A DNA stretch of 29,783 bases from Deltaproteobacteria bacterium (lineage in GTDB: Bacteria; Desulfobacterota; DSM-4660; Desulfatiglandales; HGW-15). Below, in pieces: positions 16,923-25,327 of the stretch (positions are counted from its first letter, which is position 1; each line of letters opens with the position of its first letter). The notes beneath the pieces are model-generated. The model saw nothing but the letters and a program-made list of their open reading frames with translations. It was not told the origin of the DNA and did no database searches. The stretch covers positions 1 through 29,783 of the forward strand of contig JAIPEI010000001.1 of assembly GCA_021737245.1 (NCBI GenBank), in the 5' to 3' direction. The translations under genes and the position numbers were made by a program.

Positions 16923-16982
16923 GTGTCGGTGTCTGTGTCTGTGTCGGTGTCTGTGTCGGTGTCGGTGAGGGTGAGGGTGAAA
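16923..16982 (+). repeat. Hexamer tandem array: 7 x GTGTC(G/T), 2 x GTGAGG, 1 x GTGAAA
   Basis: Read directly. Begins 4 nt after the mraY stop. Confidence 0.9.
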
Positions 16983-17080
16983 GCGCGATGATGGTTGAGG
17001 CGGAGCGGATCAGGAACAGGCCGTCGGTCAACGGGGACCATTGAAGAGCAACCCGCGTCCAGGATGTTTGGGAGGGGACC

Positions 17081-17269
17081 GTGGAAACGGACGCGCAAAA
17101 GGTCATGCTGGAGAGCTGGCGATACAGGGTTCAGCACCGGACCAACCCCCTGCACGTCTACTGCCGGCTGGTGGATTTGGGCATGGGACGTTTTCTCTCC
17201 AGGAAGGTTTGTGTGCTCTACGAAAGGCTGATCTTTCCACCCGGAAGGCGGGAATGGAGAAAGGACTGA
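17081..17269 (+). CDS. Putative small protein of unknown function, 62 aa, coupled to murD
   Basis: GGAGG (17071-17075), 5 nt, then GTG. Sequence METDAQKVMLESWRYRVQHRTNPLHVYCRLVDLGMGRFLSRKVCVLYERLIFPPGRREWRKD. Its stop overlaps the murD start by 16 nt. Confidence 0.6.
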   Translation: METDAQKVMLESWRYRVQHRTNPLHVYCRLVDLGMGRFLSRKVCVLYERLIFPPGRREWRKD

Positions 17270-18636
17270 ACATTCGAGGGAAGCGCGTCGTCGTAGTGGG
17301 CCTGGGCCGCTCCGGCTCGGCGGCGGCGTTGTGGCTCTCGAAGAGGGGAGCCGTGGTGACGGTCAGCGACCTGCGCCCGGCGTCCGATTTTCCGTCCGAT
17401 GCCCTTCAGGAGATCCGCGATGCCGGGATCCTCCTCGAGCTGGGCGGGCACGCAGCGGATACGTTCCTCCATGCCGATTGGATCGTCCTCAGCCCCGGCG
17501 TGCCCCCGGAGATCGAACCGATCCGATCCGCAAGGAATCGGGGGATCTCGGTTTTCGGAGAGATGGAGCTTGCCTGCAGGCTCCTGGACATCCCCATGGC
17601 GGGCGTGACCGGCACCAACGGCAAGTCCACGGTCACCGCCCTCTTGGGGGAGATGCTCCGAAACCGGGGAGAGCGGGTGTTCGTCGGCGGGAACATCGGC
17701 ACGCCCCTCATGGACCTGGTGACCGGACGCCGCGCGTACGACCGCGGCGTGATCGAGGTATCCAGCTTTCAGCTCGACACCATGGAAAGCTTTCAGCCCG
17801 AGGTCTCCGTGATCCTCAATGTCAGCCCGGATCATCTGGACCGTTACCAGGACTACGAGGCCTATGTTCAGAGCAAGCTGCGCATCTTTCGTCACCAGAG
17901 GCCGGGGGACGCCGTAGTTCTCAATGATGACGATCCCAGGCTTCAAAAGGTGGAACCCGCCGGACATCTCCGGGTCCTGCGCTACGGTGTGGAGGAGGCG
18001 CCGCACAGAGCGGCGTGGATCGGCGAAGGCCGCGTCATCGCCCGCCTGCCGGACGCCGGACCCGTTTCGTTTTCCCTGGCCGGGTTCGCGCTGCCCGGAG
18101 AGCACAACCGGGAAAACCTGATGGCGGCGGTGCTGGCCGCCATGGCCATGGGCGCCGGTCGCGATGCGGTGCAGAAGGGGATCGACAGGTTCCGGGGACT
18201 GCCCCACCGGCTGGAGTTCGTGGGCCGGGCCAAAGGCGTGGCGTTCTATGACGACTCGAAGGCGACGAACGTGGACGCCGCCGCGAGGGCCGTGGAAAGC
18301 TTCGAACAGCCTCTGGTCCTGATCGCCGGCGGCCGGCACAAAGGAGGCGACTACGGGCCGCTCGTGAGGGCTGCCCGGGGAAGGGTCAAGGGGGCGGTGT
18401 TTCTCGGAGAGGCTCGGCGGCTGCTGGCCGAGGCGTTCGACGGCGCGGTTCCGTACCGCATCGCCGGTACCATGGACGAGGCCGTGTCCGAATCCATAGC
18501 CCAGGCCGGACCGGGGGACGTGATCCTTCTCGCGCCGGCCTGCTCCAGCTTCGACATGTTCCAGGACTATGCCCATCGGGGGCGGGCGTTTTCGGAGGCC
18601 GCTCGGAGGTTCATGGATGGCGACGAAGAAGCGTGA
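17254..18636 (+). CDS. murD: UDP-MurNAc-L-Ala:D-Glu ligase MurD, 460 aa
   Basis: VVGLGRSG, SPGVP, GVTGTNGKSTVT, GGNIG, EVSSFQL, NVSPDHLDRY, DDSKATN, LAPACSSFDMF. True ATG at 17254; the track's 17041 start is extended. Confidence 0.96.
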   Translation: MEKGLNIRGKRVVVVGLGRSGSAAALWLSKRGAVVTVSDLRPASDFPSDALQEIRDAGILLELGGHAADTFLHADWIVLSPGVPPEIEPIRSARNRGISVFGEMELACRLLDIPMAGVTGTNGKSTVTALLGEMLRNRGERVFVGGNIGTPLMDLVTGRRAYDRGVIEVSSFQLDTMESFQPEVSVILNVSPDHLDRYQDYEAYVQSKLRIFRHQRPGDAVVLNDDDPRLQKVEPAGHLRVLRYGVEEAPHRAAWIGEGRVIARLPDAGPVSFSLAGFALPGEHNRENLMAAVLAAMAMGAGRDAVQKGIDRFRGLPHRLEFVGRAKGVAFYDDSKATNVDAAARAVESFEQPLVLIAGGRHKGGDYGPLVRAARGRVKGAVFLGEARRLLAEAFDGAVPYRIAGTMDEAVSESIAQAGPGDVILLAPACSSFDMFQDYAHRGRAFSEAARRFMDGDEEA

Positions 18637-19720
18637 ATCGAAAAGGACCGACTACGGAATCCTGATTCCCGCTTTGCTTCTCGTGGGGCTGGGAATGGTG
18701 TTCATTTACAGCTCGAGCTCCTTTCTCGCCGAGCACCGGCTCGGGGACAGCTATTACTTCCTCAAGCGGCAGGCCGTCTTCTGCCTGGTGGGGCTGTGCC
18801 TCCTGATCCTGGCCAAGAACATCCCGACCCGGGTCTGGTCGCGGTGCGCGTATCCCTTTCTTTTCCTGAGCCTCGGTCTCCTCGTGGCGCTCCTGATCCC
18901 GGGCCTGGGCAGGACCGTGGGAGGCGCGAGCCGTTGGCTCCGGTTTTACGGGCTTTCCTTTCAACCCTCGGAGCTGGCAAAGCTCTCCCTGGCCGTCTAC
19001 ATCGCCTACTCCATGGCCAAGAAGGGCTCCGGCATGGAGTCGTTTTCCAAAGGGCTTCTGCCCCACCTCCTGGTGGCGGGCCTGTTCATGGTGTTGATCG
19101 TGCTCCAGCCGGACCTTGGAACAGCGGTGATCATCGGGTGCTGGGTCATGATGCTGCTCTTCGTCGGCGGGGCCCGCTTGTATCAGCTCCTGGCCCTTCT
19201 GCTGGCGTTCGCTCCCGTCGTCGGCTTCCTGATCTGGTTGGAGCCGTACCGGCTCCGACGCTGGTGGGCGTTCCTGGAGCCCTGGAAGGACCCTCATGGT
19301 CTGGGCTTCCAGATCATCCATTCTTTTCTGGCCTTCGGATCGGGTGGTGTGTTCGGCGTGGGGCTGGGTAACAGCAAGCAGAAGCTCCTCTACCTCCCGG
19401 AGCCCCACACGGACTTTATCCTGTCCATTATCGCGGAGGAGATGGGGCTCCTGGGCGTGGCCACCGTGGTCTTCCTCTTCGCTCTGCTCGTGATGCGGGG
19501 GATCCGGGTCGCGCTCAACGCCAGGGACCTGTACAGCACCTATCTGGCCCTGGGCATCAGCTGCTTTCTCGGCCTGCAGGTGATGATCAACATGGGGGTG
19601 GTCATGGGGCTTCTGCCCACCAAGGGGCTGGCCCTTCCCCTGATCAGCTATGGGGGGTCCTCCCTGGTGGTGAACCTCATCGGGGTGGGGATCCTGCTGA
19701 GCATCGCGCAGAGGAGTTGA
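18617..19720 (+). CDS. ftsW: SEDS peptidoglycan polymerase FtsW
   Basis: GASRWL, FQPSELAK, QPDLG, PEPHTDFI, PTKGLALPLISYGGSS. ATG at 18617 overlaps the murD end. Confidence 0.95.
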   Translation: MATKKRESKRTDYGILIPALLLVGLGMVFIYSSSSFLAEHRLGDSYYFLKRQAVFCLVGLCLLILAKNIPTRVWSRCAYPFLFLSLGLLVALLIPGLGRTVGGASRWLRFYGLSFQPSELAKLSLAVYIAYSMAKKGSGMESFSKGLLPHLLVAGLFMVLIVLQPDLGTAVIIGCWVMMLLFVGGARLYQLLALLLAFAPVVGFLIWLEPYRLRRWWAFLEPWKDPHGLGFQIIHSFLAFGSGGVFGVGLGNSKQKLLYLPEPHTDFILSIIAEEMGLLGVATVVFLFALLVMRGIRVALNARDLYSTYLALGISCFLGLQVMINMGVVMGLLPTKGLALPLISYGGSSLVVNLIGVGILLSIAQRS

Positions 19721-19755
19721 TAGAGGGCTTTTGCCTTCACGGCTTGAAGAAACGA

Positions 19756-20886
19756 ATGGGAAACACGTCGAGAAAAAGTGGAGTTCGAATGGTCATCGCC
19801 GGCGGCGGGACCGGCGGCCACCTGTTCCCGGGCCTGGCCACGGCCCGGGAGCTGACGCGCCGTCACCCGGAGGCGGATATCCTTTTCGTGACGGGCGAGC
19901 GCAGGATGGAGACCCGCATCCTGGAGAGGTCCGGCTACGGGCAGGTCTCCATCCGCGTACAGCCCCTGAAGGGTCGGGGCTGGGCCGGAGGGCTGGCCGC
20001 CGTCCTGGCCCTTCCGGGAAGCATGGTCCACGCCCGGCGCATCCTGAAGCGATTCGTTCCCCGGGCCGTACTGGGCGTGGGCGGCTACTCGTCGGGTCCG
20101 GTCTGCCTGGCCGCCCGGACCCTGGGGATCCCCACGGCGATTCACGAGCAGAACTCTTTCCCCGGGCTCACGAACCGGCTCCTTTGCCGCATCGTGGACC
20201 GGGTGTTCATCTCCTTCGAGGAGAGCCGGACCCGGTTCCCGGCGGGACGTGTCGTCCTCACGGGCAACCCTGTGCGGGAGGAGATTCTGCGGATCGAGCC
20301 CCGTCGAATCGATCCGGAGAGGCCCCTGAGCGTTCTCGTGGTGGGTGGAAGCCAGGGGGCCCGGGCGGTGAACACGGCCGTGGCGGACGCCCTGGTTCTC
20401 ATGAAGGCCCGGGGGGCGGCGGTCCGCGTGGTTCACCAGACCGGCGACGCCGACTATGATCGGGTGCTGGGCCTGTACACGGATCGGGGCCTCCGGGGCG
20501 TGGTGAAGCCCTTTATCGAAGAGATGGCCGAGGCCTATGCACAGGCGGATCTGGTGGTGGGAAGGGCCGGTGCGAGCACGGTGACCGAGCTGGCCGCCCT
20601 GGGCAAACCCTCGATCCTGATTCCGTTTCCGCATGCGGCCAACAACCACCAGGTGACCAACGCCAGGGCCCTCGCGGACGCCGGAGGCTCGGTGCTTCTC
20701 CTCCAGGCGGATCTCGACGGCTCGACCCTGGCCGATCTTCTGACAAGATACGCCATGGACCGGGAGCCGCTTCGACGAATGTCCGTGCGGGCCCGGGAAA
20801 AGGCGCGACCGGAAGCGGCCCGGACCATCGTGAACCAGATCGAGGCGTTGATGAGGCTCGGCTCCGGGCGCCGGAGCGGGTCGTGA
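19756..20886 (+). CDS. murG: Lipid II GlcNAc transferase MurG (start 19756 or 19789 most plausible)
   Basis: AGGGTGGHLFPG, GVGGY, IHEQN, TGNPVR, GGSQGA, RAGAST, HQVTNA. Confidence 0.96.
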   Translation: MGNTSRKSGVRMVIAGGGTGGHLFPGLATARELTRRHPEADILFVTGERRMETRILERSGYGQVSIRVQPLKGRGWAGGLAAVLALPGSMVHARRILKRFVPRAVLGVGGYSSGPVCLAARTLGIPTAIHEQNSFPGLTNRLLCRIVDRVFISFEESRTRFPAGRVVLTGNPVREEILRIEPRRIDPERPLSVLVVGGSQGARAVNTAVADALVLMKARGAAVRVVHQTGDADYDRVLGLYTDRGLRGVVKPFIEEMAEAYAQADLVVGRAGASTVTELAALGKPSILIPFPHAANNHQVTNARALADAGGSVLLLQADLDGSTLADLLTRYAMDREPLRRMSVRAREKARPEAARTIVNQIEALMRLGSGRRSGS

Positions 20887-20893
20887 GGAACGT

Positions 20894-22270
20894 ATGAGAC
20901 CGTTCGGCAAGGTCCAGCACATTCATTTCGTGGGCATCGGCGGCATCGGCATGAGCGGTATCGCCGAGCTCCTGCTCAACCTGGGATATGCTGTGAGCGG
21001 GTCCGACCTGAAGGAGTCCGAGGTCACGCGCAGGCTGGGCAGAATGGGTGCATCCATATCACCCGGTCACCGCAGGGAGCATGCGTCAGAGGCGGATGTC
21101 GTGGTTTTTTCCTCGGCCGTTTCTCCGGACAACCCGGAGATCCTGGAGGCCGTGGAGCGTTTCGTCCCCGTGATCCCGAGGGCGGAGATGCTGGCCGAGC
21201 TCATGCGGCTCAAGTACGGCGTGGCGGTGGCCGGTGCGCACGGGAAGACCACGACCACCTCCATGATCGCGTCCATCCTCACGAGTGCGGATCTGGACCC
21301 GACGGTCGTCATCGGCGGGCGCCTGGACATCTGGGGCGGCTCCAACGCCAAGCTGGGCCAGGGCGACATTCTGGTCGCGGAGTCGGATGAGAGTGACGGA
21401 TCCTTCATGATGCTCTCACCCACCATCGCCGTGGTGACCAACATGGACCAGGAGCACATCGAGCACTACGGGACCATGGACAACCTGAGAACCACGTTCG
21501 TCGACTTTGTGAACAAGATCCCGTTCTACGGCTCGGCCGTGCTCTGCCTGGACAACGAGGAGATTCAGGGGATTCTCCCGCGGCTTCGCAAACGCTACCT
21601 GACCTATGGGATGGCCTCACAGGCGGATGTGCAGGCACGTGAGGTGGAGATGCGCGAGCTCTCCTCGTCGTTCGAGATCCTGCGCCGGGACCGCCCCCTG
21701 GGCCGGGTCCTGGTGGGTATGCCCGGGAAGCATAACGTTCTCAACGCCCTGGCCGCCATCACCGTCGGATTGGAGCTGGAGCTGGATCTCAAGGACATCA
21801 AGGCGGGTCTGCACAACCTGGGCGGGCTGGCCAGGCGGTTCCAGGTGAAGGGGGAGCGGGGGGGGGTCCTGTTCATGGACGACTACGGTCATCATCCCAC
21901 GGAGATCGTGCACACCCTGGAGACGGCCAGGACCTGCTGGCCCGAGCAACGGCTGGTGGTCGTATTTCAGCCGCACCGCTACTCTCGGACCAGGGCTCTG
22001 TTCGATCGGTTCGTCCTGAGCTTCAACCAGGCGGATATCCTGGTGGTGGCTCCCATTTACGGCGCCGGCGAAGAACCCATCGAGGGCGTGGACTCGGACC
22101 GGCTCTGCCGTGGAATCAAGCAGCACGGCCACCGGGAGGTGATCCTCGGCCGGGACCTGGACTGGATCCGGAACCACCTGCGCGGGATTTTGCGACCGGG
22201 GGACGTGATCATCACCCTGGGTGCGGGCGACGTTCACAGGGTGGGGGAACAGCTCATGGAAGAGCTCTGA
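20894..22270 (+). CDS. murC: UDP-MurNAc:L-Ala ligase MurC
   Basis: HIHFVGIGGIGMSGIA, RAEMLAELM, AGAHGKTTTT, DDYGHHPTE, FQPHRYSRT. Confidence 0.97.
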   Translation: MRPFGKVQHIHFVGIGGIGMSGIAELLLNLGYAVSGSDLKESEVTRRLGRMGASISPGHRREHASEADVVVFSSAVSPDNPEILEAVERFVPVIPRAEMLAELMRLKYGVAVAGAHGKTTTTSMIASILTSADLDPTVVIGGRLDIWGGSNAKLGQGDILVAESDESDGSFMMLSPTIAVVTNMDQEHIEHYGTMDNLRTTFVDFVNKIPFYGSAVLCLDNEEIQGILPRLRKRYLTYGMASQADVQAREVEMRELSSSFEILRRDRPLGRVLVGMPGKHNVLNALAAITVGLELELDLKDIKAGLHNLGGLARRFQVKGERGGVLFMDDYGHHPTEIVHTLETARTCWPEQRLVVVFQPHRYSRTRALFDRFVLSFNQADILVVAPIYGAGEEPIEGVDSDRLCRGIKQHGHREVILGRDLDWIRNHLRGILRPGDVIITLGAGDVHRVGEQLMEEL

Positions 22271-22279
22271 GGCCGGACC

Positions 22280-23197
22280 ATGGAGGAAAAGCATCGACGG
22301 AGACTCCTGGAGATTGCGGTGGGCGACGTCCGGTTCGACCGACCCATGCGTCTCTACACCTCGCTTCGGGTGGGGGGCGTTGCGGCCGCCCTGGTTCGGG
22401 CCGGGAGCCTGGAGGTCTTGAGAGATGTTTGCGTCTATGCGGCGGCCCACACCATTCCCCGGATTGTGGTGGGCAAGGGAAGCAACCTGCTGGTCTCGGA
22501 CCGGGGGTTCCCGGGGGTGGTCATTCGGCTGCGGGGCGCGCTGGCCGAGGTGAGATGGGAAGAGGAAGGGGAATTGAACGCCGGAGGAGGGGCGACGAAT
22601 CGACGGATCCTGGACCATTGCTCCCGGGAGGGGATCGGCGGGCTCGAGTTCCTGTCCGGCATTCCGGGGACGGCGGGCGGAGCCGTGGCCACCAACGCCG
22701 GGGCCCGGGGCCGGGACACCGGGGAGGTGCTGAGACGGGTGGAGCTCCTCACGGCGGAAGGAACAGTCGACACCCTCCCTTCAGGGGAGCTGCGGTTCTC
22801 GTACCGCAGCTGCAGCCTCCCCGAGGGCGCAGTGGTTACGAGGGCGGTCTTTCATGTTCGGCGGGAAGCGCCGGAAGCGGTCACGAAGAGGATCGCCCGA
22901 AACCTGAGCGAGCGACGACGCAAGCAGCCGCTGCGTTTTCCTTCGGCGGGGTCGGTGTTTCGAAATCCACCGGAGGAGCCGGCCTGGCGGCTGGTGGAGA
23001 GGGCGGGGCTGAGGGGCAAACGGATCGGAGGCGCCCAGATCTCGCCGCTCCACGCAAACTTCATCGTTAACAGCGGAGGGGCCAGGGCGGAGGACATCCT
23101 GTCGTTGATGAACCTGGCGCGGGATGAGGTCCTGCGCCTCACCGGGATCGAGCTCGAACCGGAGATCCGGACCGTTGGTTTCCAAAACAAACGGTGA
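22280..23197 (+). CDS. murB: UDP-N-acetylenolpyruvoylglucosamine reductase MurB
   Basis: GKGSNLLVSD, GIPGTAGGAVATNAGA, FSYRSC, PSAGSVFRNP, HANFIVN, LEPEIR. Confidence 0.96.
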   Translation: MEEKHRRRLLEIAVGDVRFDRPMRLYTSLRVGGVAAALVRAGSLEVLRDVCVYAAAHTIPRIVVGKGSNLLVSDRGFPGVVIRLRGALAEVRWEEEGELNAGGGATNRRILDHCSREGIGGLEFLSGIPGTAGGAVATNAGARGRDTGEVLRRVELLTAEGTVDTLPSGELRFSYRSCSLPEGAVVTRAVFHVRREAPEAVTKRIARNLSERRRKQPLRFPSAGSVFRNPPEEPAWRLVERAGLRGKRIGGAQISPLHANFIVNSGGARAEDILSLMNLARDEVLRLTGIELEPEIRTVGFQNKR

Positions 23198-23225
23198 AGC
23201 ACTGAATGGAGCGTTCCAAGAACCC

Positions 23226-24029
23226 ATGACGAGGCAAGCGACGGAGGAACGGGAGCGGCATATCCTGGCGACGGCCTGGCAGGTGGTCTGCTGGACGGGC
23301 TCGTCCTTCCTGAAGGTCTCTTGCCTGCTGGTGTGCCTTATGATGATCAGCGTGCTCTTTCTTGCCGGGTACCAGTTCCTGCTCCACTCGCCCTACATCC
23401 GTCTGGAACGGGTGGAGATCTCCGGGGTGGAGAACACGATCAAGCGCGAGCTCCTGGAGGTATCGGGTCTGCGTTCGGACATGACCCTCCTGGCCGTAAA
23501 TCTGAGAAAGCTGGAGCAGAACCTGGAGCGCCATCCCTGGGTCAAGTCCGCCACGGTGGTCAAGCGGTATCCGCACTCCCTGAAAATTACGGCCGTGCGG
23601 GAGGAGCCGTGGGCCGTAGTCTCCACCGGCGGGCTCTTCTACATGAACCGCCACGGGGACGTTTTCAAGGAGGTGGAACCGGAGGAGCCGGTGGACTACC
23701 CGGTCATCACCGGCGAGTTCGACGACGAGGAGCAGCGCGACCGGAATCTCAAGCTTGCAGCCCACGTGCTCAGGGTTCTGGAGCGCCGCGGGGAGGACTG
23801 GATGAAGGAAGAGATCTCCGAGGTCCATCTGCGCAACGCCGGGAACGTTTCGCTCTACTTCCGCTCCCTGCCTGCGATGGTGCAGGTGGGTGTGCCCGAC
23901 CTGGAAAAGAAGATCGACGATCTGAACCGGATTGTCGAGCATCTGCGCGATACGCAGCAGGTCGAAAAGGTCACCGGCATCAATCTTCACTACCGGGACG
24001 GTGCGGTGGTTTCCTTCAAGAGAGGGTAG
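23226..24029 (+). CDS. ftsQ: Cell division protein FtsQ/DivIB (start uncertain; ATG 23226 used)
   Basis: One TM, POTRA domain (VEISG...LERHPWVKSATVVKRYPHSLKITAVRE), C-terminal INLHY. Lies immediately before ftsA. Confidence 0.88.
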   Translation: MTRQATEERERHILATAWQVVCWTGSSFLKVSCLLVCLMMISVLFLAGYQFLLHSPYIRLERVEISGVENTIKRELLEVSGLRSDMTLLAVNLRKLEQNLERHPWVKSATVVKRYPHSLKITAVREEPWAVVSTGGLFYMNRHGDVFKEVEPEEPVDYPVITGEFDDEEQRDRNLKLAAHVLRVLERRGEDWMKEEISEVHLRNAGNVSLYFRSLPAMVQVGVPDLEKKIDDLNRIVEHLRDTQQVEKVTGINLHYRDGAVVSFKRG

Positions 24030-24063
24030 GACGCCGGTCGCTGAAGAAGAAGGAGTTCGAATC

Positions 24064-25287
24064 ATGGCCGCAGAGATCATCGTAGGGCTGGACATCGGAA
24101 CCACCAAGATTTGCGCCGTGGTAGGAGAGCTGAAGCCGGACGGAATCGAGATCATCGGCATCGGGAGCCACCCGTCGGACGGCCTCAGGAAAGGGGTGGT
24201 CATCAACATCGAGCATACCGTGAACTCCATCAAGGAGGCCATCGAGGAAGCCGAAACCATGGCCGGATGCGAGATCAGCTCGGTCTACGCGGGGATCGCC
24301 GGGGGGCACATCAAGGGGTTCAACAGTCACGGCGTCATTCCGCTCAAGGAAAAAGAGGTGACCAGGAAGGACGTGGAGCGGGTGATCGAGGCGGCGAGCG
24401 CCGTGGCCATCCCCATGGACCGGGAGGTGATCCACGTCCTCACCCAGGAGTTCATCGTGGACGAGCAGGGCGGAATCATGGATCCCCTGGGCATGTCCGG
24501 AGTCCGTCTGGAGGCAAAGATTCACATCGTCACCGGCGCCGTGACATCGGCCCAGAACATCATCAAGTGCGCCAACAAGGCAGGGCTGGATGTGGCGGAC
24601 ATCGTGCTGCAGTCCCTGGCCTCGAACGAGTCCGTGCTCTCGGATGAGGAAAGGACGCTCGGGGTGGCGCTGCTCGACTTCGGGGGGGGGACCACGGACA
24701 TGGCCGTCTTTTCACGGGGGGCCATCAAGCACACTTCCGTGCTCGCTCTCGGGGGGGACAACCTGACCTACGATCTGTCCATCGGCCTGCGGACCTCCCG
24801 CAAAGACGCGGAGAAGGTCAAGATGAAGTACGGCTGCGCGCTCTGCTCGATGATCGGGGAGGACGAAACCGTGGAGGTTCCCGGCGTGGGAGGGAGAAAG
24901 CCCCGGGTCCTCTCGCGGCGGATCCTGGGCGAGATCCTCGAGCCCAGGGTGGAGGAGATCTTCACGCTCATTCACAACGAGCTGCTCCGGTCGGGGTTCG
25001 CCGATTCGATCAACTCGGGCGTGGTGGTCACGGGCGGATCGGCGGAGCTCTCCGGCATTGCGGAGATGGCCGAGGCCGTGTTCAAGTCGCCCGCCCGGAT
25101 CGGCTACCCCCGGGAGATCAAGGGATTGGTGGAGGTGGTGAACAAGCCCATGTATGCAACCGCCGTGGGCCTGGTGCTCTACGGTGCAAGACGCAGCAAG
25201 GAAGGAAAAAAGTTCAGGATTCGGGACACCAACATTTTCGGAAGGGTTATGGACAGGATGAAAAGGTGGTTCAAGGATATCATCTGA
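24064..25287 (+). CDS. ftsA: Cell division protein FtsA, 407 aa
   Basis: VGLDIGTTKI, DFGGGTTDMA, AEKVKMKYG, VVTGGSA, YATAVGL, amphipathic tail MKRWFKDII. AGGAG upstream of ATG 24064. Confidence 0.97.
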   Translation: MAAEIIVGLDIGTTKICAVVGELKPDGIEIIGIGSHPSDGLRKGVVINIEHTVNSIKEAIEEAETMAGCEISSVYAGIAGGHIKGFNSHGVIPLKEKEVTRKDVERVIEAASAVAIPMDREVIHVLTQEFIVDEQGGIMDPLGMSGVRLEAKIHIVTGAVTSAQNIIKCANKAGLDVADIVLQSLASNESVLSDEERTLGVALLDFGGGTTDMAVFSRGAIKHTSVLALGGDNLTYDLSIGLRTSRKDAEKVKMKYGCALCSMIGEDETVEVPGVGGRKPRVLSRRILGEILEPRVEEIFTLIHNELLRSGFADSINSGVVVTGGSAELSGIAEMAEAVFKSPARIGYPREIKGLVEVVNKPMYATAVGLVLYGARRSKEGKKFRIRDTNIFGRVMDRMKRWFKDII

Positions 25288-25327
25288 GCCTGTCAGGCGC
25301 CTCACACGCATGAAAAGGAGGGACATC

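Noticed and set aside
16923-16982. CRISPR array or Z-DNA interpretation of the hexamer tract
   Set aside because: No spacers and no cas genes. Purine-pyrimidine alternation is broken in every unit.
17041-17253. 71-aa N-terminal extension of MurD
   Set aside because: MurD homology starts at ATG 17254. The interval is better explained by the 62-aa ORF with its own SD.
10343-20922. Other long antisense ORFs (10343-12046, 12534-14438, 13858-15192, 15341-17155, 17218-18576, 19648-20922)
   Set aside because: They mirror real dcw genes, as expected from stop-codon scarcity at high GC.
23198-23225. Absence of ddl between murB and ftsQ
   Set aside because: Real, but ddl is often encoded outside dcw clusters; not remarkable alone.
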